Source: an uncultured Acidobacteriota bacterium (GTDB taxonomy: Bacteria; Acidobacteriota; Thermoanaerobaculia; Multivoradales; JAHEKO01). From it: a stretch of 64,000 bases of DNA. Position numbers and translations under genes: made by a program. The stretch is from assembly GCA_963713825.1 (NCBI GenBank), contig CAVQNG010000003.1, positions 1,536,001 to 1,600,000 on the forward strand, given 5' to 3'. Positions 19,859 to 29,291 of this stretch are shown piece after piece; the stretch's first letter is position 1; every line of letters begins with the position of its first letter. Below the pieces are notes generated by a model that was not told the origin of the DNA, searched no databases, and worked only from the letters and a program-made list of their open reading frames with translations.

Positions 19859-22800
19859 ATGCCATGGCTGTTCCCGAGAAGGATAGACTCAGCTGTGGTG
19901 GTGCTGAAAGAGACCCTGCCTGATCTATCCAGACGGCTCCGCGACAGTGTGGAGTACCGCAAAGTCGAGCAAGACCTCGGCTCGGTGGAGCGCCTGCCGC
20001 TGCCGGCCGCCGCCTGGGTTGTTGAACTGCTGAGCCAGGATCTGGAGCGGTCCATGTTGGTCGTCGTGCCGCATGAATCGGAGGCCCTGGCCTGGGCTGA
20101 ATCCAGCGAACTGTTCGGTGGCTCCGCAGCCTACTTCTCGACCCCGTCCCTGACGCCCTACCACGCAACCGAGGCTTCGTTGCAGGTCAGAGCTCTGGAA
20201 TCGGTAGCGCTTTGGCGGTCGCTGAGCGGCGCGGCTCGAGTTCTGGTCTGTACCCCGAGGGCTCTCTTCCGCCGACTCCCAACCAAGCAGGCTTTCCTAT
20301 CAGCCGTCCTCGAGATCGAGGCGGGTGAAGAGCAGTCCGTGGAGCAGCTGGCGGCGCATCTCACGCGCTACGGCTATCACCGCACGGACCTGGTCAACGA
20401 AGTCGGCGAATTCGCTGTGCGAGGGGGCGTTTTCGATCTCTACTCTCCCGGTGAAGAAACCCCGGTTCGCCTCGATCTCTTCGGCGACACGATCGAGTCA
20501 TTGCGCCGTTTCTCGGCCGAGGATCAGCGCTCGTCCGAGCCGCTTCCGAGCACGGTCATCTTGCCACTATCGTTGTTTCCGGTCGATGACGGGGTGGCTG
20601 AAGGCTTGGCTGAGGCGTTGGTGGAAATGGTCGGGAGAGAAGCGAGCTACGACGTTGTCGAGAAGGTCGAGGCTTTGCGGGAGAGCCGCGGCTTCGCGGG
20701 CTGGAAGAACTACCTGCCGCTGGTTGCCCCAGAGACCCAGGCGCTGTCCGATTGGCTCGATCGACCGCTTGTCGCCACCTATTCACCTCAGGATTCCCGC
20801 TCCGAGATCGAGCGCTACAGCCTGCGATTGCAGGCTGATTTCGAGGCTCGTGTCGAGCACCAGGAATTGGCTGTCGAGCCTGCCCTTTTGGAGCAATCAC
20901 CTGGGTTCGTTGAAGGCATACTGGACAGTTGTGAGCTCCGATTCGAGGACGATACGTCTGGCCCCCGGGCCCATGTGGTCGATTTCAAGGGCAGCACAAC
21001 GGACCTGTTTCACGGTCAGCTGCCCCGCTTCCCCAGAGAGGTCGAGACCGCCAGGGAGCGGGGCGAGCGCCTGCTGGTGGTGAGTCCTCAGGAGCATTGG
21101 CCGCGCCTGGAGCAATGGTGCCAGACGATCGGCATTCCTCTTGGAGCAGGCGGAGTGGAGCTGGTCGAGGGAGAGCTTCGAAGGGGATTTCGCCTACCAG
21201 CAGCAGCTGTAGTGGCCTTCGGAGAGCATCAGCTCTTTCCGCGCGTGGTATCCGACAGGGCGCGCCGCAAGAGACGCTTTGGTCCTTTTGTCTCCAGTTT
21301 GCGGGACCTGCGCATCGGCGATCATGTAGTGCACCAGGATCACGGCATTGGGCAGTTCGTAGCTTTGCGCACGGTGGGCACGGAAGAGCAGGACCTCGAC
21401 CATTTGCCGCCAGCCCTGGTGCCTCTTTTGGCTGGTGAGCAGTCCCTGGCGTCGGAGGTCATGGAGATCGCCTACGAGAGTGGCCGCCGGCTGTTGCTAC
21501 CGTTGAGCCGCCTGGACCAGATTCAGCGCTTTAGCGGCATCGAGGGCATGCCACCTCGCCTCGATCAGTTGGGTGGCACCTCGTGGACCCGCACCAAGGA
21601 TCGTGTCCGCCGAGGCATGCAGCGCCTGGCGGGTGATCTGGTGAAGCTCTACGCTGAACGCCAACTCGCCAAGGCGCCGGCGCTTCCTGGCTCGAGCGAT
21701 CTGATGTCCCAGTTCGAAGCGGCTTTCGAGTTCGAAGAGACCGAGGACCAGCGAGAGGCTATTGAAGCCATCAGGGAAGACCTGGAGCGGGAGCGCCCCA
21801 TGGACCGCCTGTTGTGTGGCGACGTCGGCTTCGGCAAGACGGAGGTAGCCATGCGAGCTGCCTTCAAGGCGGTCGAGGGTGGCTATCAGGTCGCAGTCCT
21901 GGCGCCTACGACCATTCTGGCTGATCAGCATCTGGAGACCTTTCGCCATAGGTTTGCCGACTATCCGGTGCGCGTAGAGATGTTGTCGCGCCGTCGCTCG
22001 ACTGCGGAGGTCAAAGAGATTCGGCAGGGCCTTGCCAGCGGCGCCGTCGATATCCTGATCGGTACCCATCGCCTTCTGGGTCGGGACGTGAAGCTGCCCA
22101 GGTTGGGCCTGCTCATCGTGGATGAGGAGCAGCGATTCGGGGTGGCTCAAAAGGAGCGGCTGCGGGAGCTGAAGAAGAACGTGCATGTACTCGCCATGTC
22201 TGCGACACCGGTACCCCGCACCCTTCAGCTTTCGCTGGCGGGGGTGCGAGATCTCTCGGTGATCGAGACCCCTCCCCGCGATCGGATGGCGGTCGAGACG
22301 ACCATCATGCCTTTCTCGGCCGAGCTCGTCCGCGAAGCCGTGGAGTTCGAGCTCGAGAGGCGTGGCCAGGTCTACTACGTCTTCAATCGCGTCGAGGGAA
22401 TCGAGCAGTTCGCGGCCTATTTGCGCCAGATTCTGCCGGCAGTGCGGCTGACCATCGGGCATGGCCAGATGGAGGAAAACGAGCTGGCGCGACGAATGCA
22501 CGCCTTCAAGAGAGGAGAGTACGATCTCCTGTTGGCTACGACCATCATCGAGAACGGCATCGACATCCCCAACGTCAACACGATTCTGGTGCATCAGGCC
22601 GAGCGCTTCGGGTTGGCGCAGCTCTACCAGCTCCGTGGTCGTGTCGGCCGCAGCGATCAACTGGCCTATTGCTATCTGCTGGTGCCGGGCGACCGAGTCT
22701 TGAAAGGTGAGGCGCGCAAGCGCCTGCATGCGATCCGCGAGTTTACGGAGCTGGGAGCTGGCTTTCGTGTAGCCGCCAGGGATCTCGAGATTCGGGGTGC

Positions 22801-23341
22801 GGGCAATCTCCTCGGAGCGGAGCAGAGCGGCCACATTGCGGCCGTTGGCATCGAGACCTATCTCAAGATGCTCGAAGAAACAGTACGCGAGCTGCGTGGC
22901 GAGGCGGTCGAGGCGGTCCCCTCCGTGGCCCTGGACCTCCCACTCAACGTCACTATTCCCAGCGAGTACTTGTCGGATGCGAATCTGAGGATGGAGATCT
23001 ACCAGAGAATCGCATCGGGCGAAGTTGAACGAGACGAGCTCCTGGCCGAGCTGCAAGACCGCTTCGGCCCACCTCCACCCCCTGTCTATGGGCTGCTCGA
23101 AGCGACATCACTGAAACGGTTGGCGGAATCCATGCGAGTCCAGTCGATCTCGCATCAGGGACAACGGCTGCAGATTCGCTTCCGCCGGGACTCGGGGGTC
23201 GACGTCGATCGCCTGGTGAGAATGGTCTCCGAGAAGCCGGGCTTGGCCTTCAGCCCCAGTGGGGTTCTCGTTCTCGAGCAGGTCGGAGGAGGCCAGGCAC
23301 TCGAGCGGGCCAGGGGCCTTCTCGAAGAGCTCAGCGTATGA
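19859..23341 (+). CDS. mfd: Transcription-repair coupling factor
   Basis: UvrB-homology GEFAVRGG, RID VVHQDHGIG, GDVGFGKT, DEEQRFG, QLRGRVGR, TRG motif DLEIRGAGNLLG. Confidence 0.97.
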   Translation: MPWLFPRRIDSAVVVLKETLPDLSRRLRDSVEYRKVEQDLGSVERLPLPAAAWVVELLSQDLERSMLVVVPHESEALAWAESSELFGGSAAYFSTPSLTPYHATEASLQVRALESVALWRSLSGAARVLVCTPRALFRRLPTKQAFLSAVLEIEAGEEQSVEQLAAHLTRYGYHRTDLVNEVGEFAVRGGVFDLYSPGEETPVRLDLFGDTIESLRRFSAEDQRSSEPLPSTVILPLSLFPVDDGVAEGLAEALVEMVGREASYDVVEKVEALRESRGFAGWKNYLPLVAPETQALSDWLDRPLVATYSPQDSRSEIERYSLRLQADFEARVEHQELAVEPALLEQSPGFVEGILDSCELRFEDDTSGPRAHVVDFKGSTTDLFHGQLPRFPREVETARERGERLLVVSPQEHWPRLEQWCQTIGIPLGAGGVELVEGELRRGFRLPAAAVVAFGEHQLFPRVVSDRARRKRRFGPFVSSLRDLRIGDHVVHQDHGIGQFVALRTVGTEEQDLDHLPPALVPLLAGEQSLASEVMEIAYESGRRLLLPLSRLDQIQRFSGIEGMPPRLDQLGGTSWTRTKDRVRRGMQRLAGDLVKLYAERQLAKAPALPGSSDLMSQFEAAFEFEETEDQREAIEAIREDLERERPMDRLLCGDVGFGKTEVAMRAAFKAVEGGYQVAVLAPTTILADQHLETFRHRFADYPVRVEMLSRRRSTAEVKEIRQGLASGAVDILIGTHRLLGRDVKLPRLGLLIVDEEQRFGVAQKERLRELKKNVHVLAMSATPVPRTLQLSLAGVRDLSVIETPPRDRMAVETTIMPFSAELVREAVEFELERRGQVYYVFNRVEGIEQFAAYLRQILPAVRLTIGHGQMEENELARRMHAFKRGEYDLLLATTIIENGIDIPNVNTILVHQAERFGLAQLYQLRGRVGRSDQLAYCYLLVPGDRVLKGEARKRLHAIREFTELGAGFRVAARDLEIRGAGNLLGAEQSGHIAAVGIETYLKMLEETVRELRGEAVEAVPSVALDLPLNVTIPSEYLSDANLRMEIYQRIASGEVERDELLAELQDRFGPPPPPVYGLLEATSLKRLAESMRVQSISHQGQRLQIRFRRDSGVDVDRLVRMVSEKPGLAFSPSGVLVLEQVGGGQALERARGLLEELSV

Positions 23342-24159
23342 ATCGAATGCAATCCATTCTGTGGCTCGGGCTGGGGGTTCTGCTGGTCGCGGGAAGCTGC
23401 AGAGAGGCACCTCCGGCGCCTGATGTCGTGGCTGAGGTCGGCGGCCAGGCGGTGCGCTTCGCCGAGTTTCAGGACTATCTCGCCAGCAATGCAGGTGAGC
23501 CAGAGGGCGATCTGGAGGACGAAGTCTCCAGTGCTTTGTTCGATGGATTTCTGGAGGAATGCCTGGTTCTGCGCTGGGCGGTGGACGAAGAGATGGTGCC
23601 ACCCGGGGCTGAAAGACGGGCTGGAGTCGATGCGGTCACGGTCGAACTGGCGGCGGTCGAGATCTCCGACACGGCGGTTGCCTCGTACTATGACGGGCGC
23701 CGCGATTACTTCCATCGGCCGGACAGGGTTCACCTCCAGCAGATCCTGCTCGGGGATCGCGTCGTGGCAGAGGAGGTTCGCGCCGAGTGGGGCGCCGGAA
23801 TGCCGTTCGAGGGCATCGTCGCCCTCTACTCTCAGGAGGGCCTGTTGCTCGGTGCCGACGAGGGGGAGCTGGCGAGAGAAGAGCTGCCGTTGATCTTTGC
23901 GGATGCCATTTTCGACCTGCAACCAGGTCAGGTGAGCAAGGTTTTCGCCGCCGACTATGGATTTCACGTGTTCAAGGTGACCGAACGCCTGCCTCCAGGA
24001 ACTCCGCCGCTGGACCAAGTGGAAGAGGCTGTGCGGCGGGACCTGGTGAAGCGCGAAGTCGCCGCAGGGCTCGGAATGTTGGTGGAGAAGGCCCGACGGC
24101 GCTACAATGTGCGGGTTTTCGAGGGGAACCTACCTTTCGACTATTCGGGTGAGTATTGA
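23338..24159 (+). CDS. Parvulin-type peptidylprolyl isomerase lipoprotein (PrsA-like)
   Basis: Lipobox-like AGSC; VHLQQIL, LQPGQVS, YGFHVFKV. Confidence 0.8.
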   Translation: MNRMQSILWLGLGVLLVAGSCREAPPAPDVVAEVGGQAVRFAEFQDYLASNAGEPEGDLEDEVSSALFDGFLEECLVLRWAVDEEMVPPGAERRAGVDAVTVELAAVEISDTAVASYYDGRRDYFHRPDRVHLQQILLGDRVVAEEVRAEWGAGMPFEGIVALYSQEGLLLGADEGELAREELPLIFADAIFDLQPGQVSKVFAADYGFHVFKVTERLPPGTPPLDQVEEAVRRDLVKREVAAGLGMLVEKARRRYNVRVFEGNLPFDYSGEY

Positions 24160-24163
24160 TTGC

Positions 24164-25315
24164 ATGCAAAGCTGTCTCAAGTACCTAGTGGTTCTGTGTC
24201 TCTTGCTGCCGATGGCCTCTGTCAGCGAGGCTCAGGTCAACGAAATCGTTCTACGCGTCAACGATCGGATCGCGACGACCCATGACTACGAAAGCGAGCG
24301 CATGGAGCGGTTTGCGGCGATTCAGCAGGCCGATAGCCTGACGGAAGAACGGAAGCAGGAACTCCTGGCCACGCTTGGCGAGACCGTGATGAAGGATATC
24401 TTCGAGCAGCTGCTGATGCTGTCCCGGGCCGATCAGTTGAAGATCCAGATCTCCCCGAGCGAGATCGAGGACGCCGTCGAGCGCACGATGCAGAACTTCG
24501 GGATCAAGAACCAGGCAGAATTCCAGGCCGCCCTCCAGTCCTCCGGCATGACGGAGGCGAAACTCCGCGCCAGGTTGGAGAAGACGCTGCTGACTCAGAA
24601 GGTGATGGGGGAGGAGGTCTACTCGCGGGTTTCTCTCGACGAAGAGGACCTGCGGCGTTACTACCAGTCGCATGCTGAAGATTTTCAGGTCCCACAGCGA
24701 CTGAATCTGCAGGAAGTCGTCGTGCTGGAGTCTGGTGGTCTCAATGACGAGGATTTGGCACTTCTGGCGGAAGAGATCCGCCAACAGCTGAGTACCGGGA
24801 GAGATATCGAGGAGGTTATCGCGCCCTACAGCGAGGAGGGTGTTTCGACCGGTGTTGTCGATCTTGGCTGGGTAAAAGTGGGAGATCTGAACCAGGATCT
24901 CGAAGAAGCCGTCTGGGGTCTCGAGACAGGAGGAGTGAGCCCAGCGGTCGAAGCTCGTGGCGGCCTGCACATTCTCGTCGTCGCCGAGCGGGAGGAAGCC
25001 CGGCTGCTCGACTTCCTCGAGGTGCAGGATCAGATCCGTTCGATCGAGCAGGGTCGCCTGATGCAGGACGAAATGGAGAAGTACGTCGCGGAGCTGAAGA
25101 ACAACTCCTATATCGTCGCCAATCCACCCCCTGAGGCGGCGGGCTTCAGGGCCTCCCTGGCGTCATCCCTGCCCAGCGAGTTGGATGCCTTCCGGGATAT
25201 CGAACCGGCTCTCGGCGAGGCGCTGCCGATGCAGATCCCGACTGAGATTCCCGCCGAAAACGAGGACCCACCCGCTTCTGAATCCTCTACGGATCCACCT
25301 CCGGAGGGAGGTTGA
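24164..25315 (+). CDS. SurA-like chaperone/PPIase
   Basis: Signal peptide, EIVLRVND SurA N-terminus, parvulin motifs DLGW and GLHIL. Confidence 0.85.
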   Translation: MQSCLKYLVVLCLLLPMASVSEAQVNEIVLRVNDRIATTHDYESERMERFAAIQQADSLTEERKQELLATLGETVMKDIFEQLLMLSRADQLKIQISPSEIEDAVERTMQNFGIKNQAEFQAALQSSGMTEAKLRARLEKTLLTQKVMGEEVYSRVSLDEEDLRRYYQSHAEDFQVPQRLNLQEVVVLESGGLNDEDLALLAEEIRQQLSTGRDIEEVIAPYSEEGVSTGVVDLGWVKVGDLNQDLEEAVWGLETGGVSPAVEARGGLHILVVAEREEARLLDFLEVQDQIRSIEQGRLMQDEMEKYVAELKNNSYIVANPPPEAAGFRASLASSLPSELDAFRDIEPALGEALPMQIPTEIPAENEDPPASESSTDPPPEGG

Positions 25316-25457
25316 TGAGGCAATTTTCTGCCGGCAATCGCCGTTGGATGAACGCCAGCCGCCTGTCGGACCGAAGCGTCGGTCGATCCCTGTTCCAACC
25401 CTTCGAATAGCCTGATTCACAAGGGTTTTTCGCCCTCTGGTCCAATTCGGATCAGTG

Positions 25458-25483
25458 GTGGACAATAATGGACAAAAGTGGAC
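25458..25483 (+). promoter_or_regulatory. Putative MraZ operator (3x RTGGAC with 10-bp period)
   Basis: GTGGAC 25458, ATGGAC 25468, GTGGAC 25478 upstream of mraZ; TAGACT -10-like box at 25492. Confidence 0.7.
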
Positions 25484-25531
25484 TGCAGTGCTAGACTGCG
25501 CAGCGATCTATTCCCATAGGTGGACGGGTCT

Positions 25532-25972
25532 ATGTTCCGTGGAAGCGCGCCCACAAAAATCGACGAGAAAGGCCGGCTCAAGGTGCCGACCGGCTTTCGG
25601 CGTCACATGGAGGAGAGGTACGGCAAAGACGTCTTCATCACCTCTGTTCTAGGAGACTCCGTCTTGTTGTACCCGTTGCAGGTATGGGAAGAGATCGAAG
25701 CTCGCTTGGCAGCGCTTCCATCGACCGACAGGGCCAAGCAACGCTACCTGGAAAGAGTCAGTTATTACGGTCAGCAGGGGAAGCTCGATGGTCAGGGCAG
25801 GGTCGTGATTCCTCCGCTGTTGAGGGATAGCGCTGCGATGAGCGGTGAAGTGGTGGTCAGTGCCCGTTTGGATCACCTCGAAGTCTGGAACCGGCAACGA
25901 CTCCAGACCCGCTTCGCCGAGCAACCCTTCGACGAAGAAGATTTCAACTACCTGAGCGAGAAGGGGATCTAG
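25532..25972 (+). CDS. mraZ: Transcriptional repressor MraZ
   Basis: MFRG..KIDEKGRL.VP and LDGQGRVVIP..LR, HLEVW. Confidence 0.95.
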   Translation: MFRGSAPTKIDEKGRLKVPTGFRRHMEERYGKDVFITSVLGDSVLLYPLQVWEEIEARLAALPSTDRAKQRYLERVSYYGQQGKLDGQGRVVIPPLLRDSAAMSGEVVVSARLDHLEVWNRQRLQTRFAEQPFDEEDFNYLSEKGI

Positions 25973-26021
25973 GTGTTCGGATCACCTTGTCGCTCGGCGG
26001 CAGTTCATTGAATCGGCGAAC

Positions 26022-26945
26022 GTGCGGCACATACCCGTTCTGCTAGAGGAGACCACTGCTCTCCTGGCGCCTGAGCGGGGTGGCCTGTTCGTGGACTGCA
26101 CGCTGGGTTTGGGCGGTCATTCAGCAGCTTTGCTGGAGGCCAGCCCGAAGGCCAGCGTCATCGGGATCGATCGCGACCCGGAAGCTCTACGGCTGGCCGA
26201 ATCGCGGCTGCAACCGTTCGCCGAGAGGATGCGTCTGTTGCCTGGGGAGTTTTCTCACCTGGAGCAGCTGCTCGAGGCGGCTCAGGTCGACAGGGTCGAT
26301 GGCATCCTCGCGGACCTTGGTGTGTCCTCGCTCCAGCTCGAAACAGCTGAGCGGGGATTCAGCTTCCGCTTGGAGGGGCCGTTGGATATGCGGATGGGAC
26401 CAGGCGAACTGACCGCCGGCGAGGTGGTCAACAAGTACAGGGAGGCCGACTTGGTGAGGATATTCAGAGACTACGGTGAGGAGAGGCAGGCGCGTCGAAT
26501 CGCGCGAGCTATCGTTGCTCGGCGCGATGAGCAAGCCATCCAGACTACCTCGGACCTTCGGCAGGTGGTGCACAGGGTACTCGGCCGGCCTCCGCGGCAC
26601 AAAAGACGGCGTATCGACCCGGCTACCCGTGTGTTCCAGGCCATTCGCATCGAGGTAAACAAGGAGCTTGCCGGCCTCGAAAGCCTGCTCGACCAGGCGG
26701 TTCGTCTGCTGCGGCGCGACGGACGGCTGGTGGTGATCTCCTACCACAGTCTCGAAGATCGCATCGTCAAGAACAAGCTACGAGATCTGGCCAGAGGTGA
26801 GGTCGACCAGATCACGGGCCGGCCAAGGTCGGAAACCCAAGTCATCGAGGTGCTGACCAAGCGGCCCGTCCGGCCCGGCGAAGTCGAAATAGCTGCCAAC
26901 CCCCGAGCCAGATCGGCCCGGTTGCGGGCTGCCAGGAGGCTATGA
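26022..26945 (+). CDS. rsmH: 16S rRNA m4C1402 methyltransferase
   Basis: HIPVLL, DCTLGLGGHS, DLGVSS, ISYHSLEDR, NPRARSA. Confidence 0.97.
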   Translation: MRHIPVLLEETTALLAPERGGLFVDCTLGLGGHSAALLEASPKASVIGIDRDPEALRLAESRLQPFAERMRLLPGEFSHLEQLLEAAQVDRVDGILADLGVSSLQLETAERGFSFRLEGPLDMRMGPGELTAGEVVNKYREADLVRIFRDYGEERQARRIARAIVARRDEQAIQTTSDLRQVVHRVLGRPPRHKRRRIDPATRVFQAIRIEVNKELAGLESLLDQAVRLLRRDGRLVVISYHSLEDRIVKNKLRDLARGEVDQITGRPRSETQVIEVLTKRPVRPGEVEIAANPRARSARLRAARRL

Positions 26946-26949
26946 CAGC

Positions 26950-27294
26950 TTGAGAAGCGCCTACGTTGTTCGCCGACCGGTCATCAACAGCTATCTGGTC
27001 CGCCAGAAGGACCGCAAGCGCCGCCAGGAGCTGGGACTCGTCCTGGTCATCATTCTGCCCCTGGCGATTGGGCTTCTGGGATACGTCTGGCTGAATCTGG
27101 AGCTGATCGATATCGGCTACCAGGTGCATGACCTCGAGCGCACACTCAAGCAGCAGGAGCAGTACCAGCGCGAGCTGTTCGTGGAGTCGGCCTACCTGTC
27201 CAGTCCAGCGCAGGTTCAGTCGCGGGCCACCCAGGAGCTGGGGATGGTTCCTGCGACCCTCGAAAAGGTCGTCTTCCTCGAGGAGATCCCATGA
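26950..27294 (+). CDS. ftsL: Cell division protein FtsL
   Basis: TM plus coiled coil ending ELGM; located between rsmH and the PBP. Confidence 0.85.
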   Translation: MRSAYVVRRPVINSYLVRQKDRKRRQELGLVLVIILPLAIGLLGYVWLNLELIDIGYQVHDLERTLKQQEQYQRELFVESAYLSSPAQVQSRATQELGMVPATLEKVVFLEEIP

Positions 27295-29291
27295 AAGGTC
27301 GCCTAGCCCTGAGTCTGGTGATCCTGGCGCTCTGGAGTGGTGGAATCGTTTACCGCCTGGTGCAGCTCCAGATTCGGGATTACGAGCACTACAGCCTCCG
27401 GGCCCAGGGGCAGCATCACCGTAAAGTCGAGTTGCAGGCCCCCCGCGGCACGATCTTCGATGTCCGTGGTCGCGAGTTGGCTGTCTCGGTCGAGGTGGAC
27501 TCTGTTTGGGTAGACCCGTCGAGGGTCGAGGATACGGCAGAGATGGCGGGCCAGCTCGCAGACCTTCTGAAGATCGATCGAGCCTCGCTGACTCGCAGCA
27601 TGGATGAGGCGCGAGAGTTCGCATGGGTAGCTCGCCTCCTGGATCCACCCCAGGCTGCAGCCGTCCGCGAGCTGCGCCTTCCCGGGGTCGGATATCTCAA
27701 AGAGAGCAAGCGCTACTACCCGATGCGACAGGTGGCATCCCAGGTCGTGGGCTTCGCCGGGGTAGACAACCGAGGGCTCGAGGGTATCGAGGGGACGTAC
27801 AACAACCTGGTCGCCGGTCAGGTGGCGATGCGTGGCGTCCTGCGAGACGCTCGGCGTGGAACGGTGCTGCTCCCGAACCTGTCGTTTCGGGATCCGCAGC
27901 CAGGCAATGATCTGTATCTGACCATCGACGTCTGGATTCAGTACCTGTTGGAGAAGGAACTGGCCGCGGCGGTCGAAGAGACCGAGGCGAAGAGTGGAAC
28001 GGCTCTGATTCTCGACCCCAACACTGGAGCTATCCTGGCGATGGCGTCGATACCGACCTTCGACCCGAACCACTTCGGTGAGTACGGCCGAGAGCAGTGG
28101 CGGAACAGGGCAGTCACGGACGCACTCGAACCCGGGTCCACCTTCAAAATGGTCACTGCGGCAGCAGCTCTCGAGGGCAACCTCGTCGATCCGACCGATG
28201 TCTTCGACTGCGAGAACGGTAGTGTGGTGGTGAAGGGCAAGCGAATCAATGACCATCATCCATTCGGCAAGCTGACCTTACGGGAGGTCATTGCCAAGTC
28301 CAGCAATGTGGGGGCGATCAAAGTCGGGCTCTTGTCGGGCGAGTCGGCACTCTACGATCAGATACGCAAGTTTGGTTTCGGACGGCTGACCGGAATCGAT
28401 CTGCCCGGCGAAAGCGCCGGCCTTCTTCAACCTGTCGAGCGTTGGCACAAGCGCGCCACGGCATACATCTCGTTTGGGCAGGGTTTGTCCGTGACCTCGG
28501 TGCAGTTGGCTTCCGCCTTTGCGGCCGTAGCCAACGGTGGGCACCTCTACCGTCCATACGTGGTGGAGGCGATGGGTAGGGATGGTGTCCGCCAGCCAGT
28601 CGAAGGCAAGCCGCACCAGGTAGGTAGAGCGATCAGCGCCAGTACAGCTCGAACGTTGGAGCGGCTCCTCGAGGCCGTTGTCGAAGAAGGGACGGGCAAG
28701 AAAGCGGCGATCGACGGCTACCGGGTGGCCGGAAAGACCGGCACGGCCCAGAAAGCGGCAGCGAGTGGCGGCTACGCTCAGGGGCGGTACGTGGCCAGCT
28801 TTGTCGGGTTTGCGCCGGCTAGACAGCCGAGATTGGTCGGACTCGTGGCCCTCGACGAGCCCAACCCGAGACTGGGCTATCACGGTGGCGACGTGGCGGC
28901 CCCGGTTTTCTCCGCTGTCGTCGGTCCCGCGCTGCTCTATCTCGGCGTGCCTCCCGAGCGCGAACCCATGGAGGTCTGGCCCGGGCAGCAAGATCCCTCA
29001 GAGCAGCCAGTCCGGACAGCTTCGATTTCAGCCACGGATTTGCCGCCCGGCAGCGTGCACGAGCAGCAGCGAATTGATTTGGGCATGGAGGGCATGGAGA
29101 GCGAAAGCTCTCTGCCCGACTTCACGGGTTTGACCGCCAGACAGGCGGTGGTAGAGACCGCAACGCTCGGGTTGAGGGTGAACCTCCACGGGCGAGGACT
29201 TGTCAGTCGCCAGTTGCCATCCCCTGGATCCCCCGTCGAGACGGCTGACGGCAGGATCGAGCTCTGGCTGGCAGGAGATGCTGGCCGATGA
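27291..29291 (+). CDS. ftsI: Division transpeptidase PBP3 with C-terminal PASTA-like domain
   Basis: RGTIFD, EPGSTFK, SSNVG, GKTGTAQK; tail LPDFTGLT. Confidence 0.95.
   Translation: MKGRLALSLVILALWSGGIVYRLVQLQIRDYEHYSLRAQGQHHRKVELQAPRGTIFDVRGRELAVSVEVDSVWVDPSRVEDTAEMAGQLADLLKIDRASLTRSMDEAREFAWVARLLDPPQAAAVRELRLPGVGYLKESKRYYPMRQVASQVVGFAGVDNRGLEGIEGTYNNLVAGQVAMRGVLRDARRGTVLLPNLSFRDPQPGNDLYLTIDVWIQYLLEKELAAAVEETEAKSGTALILDPNTGAILAMASIPTFDPNHFGEYGREQWRNRAVTDALEPGSTFKMVTAAAALEGNLVDPTDVFDCENGSVVVKGKRINDHHPFGKLTLREVIAKSSNVGAIKVGLLSGESALYDQIRKFGFGRLTGIDLPGESAGLLQPVERWHKRATAYISFGQGLSVTSVQLASAFAAVANGGHLYRPYVVEAMGRDGVRQPVEGKPHQVGRAISASTARTLERLLEAVVEEGTGKKAAIDGYRVAGKTGTAQKAAASGGYAQGRYVASFVGFAPARQPRLVGLVALDEPNPRLGYHGGDVAAPVFSAVVGPALLYLGVPPEREPMEVWPGQQDPSEQPVRTASISATDLPPGSVHEQQRIDLGMEGMESESSLPDFTGLTARQAVVETATLGLRVNLHGRGLVSRQLPSPGSPVETADGRIELWLAGDAGR

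Noticed and set aside
21497-23056. Long antisense ORFs (also 10018-11493, 27303-28259, 30828-32084, 62263-63633)
   Set aside because: Shadow frames of well-supported genes in GC-rich DNA, with no recognisable motifs.
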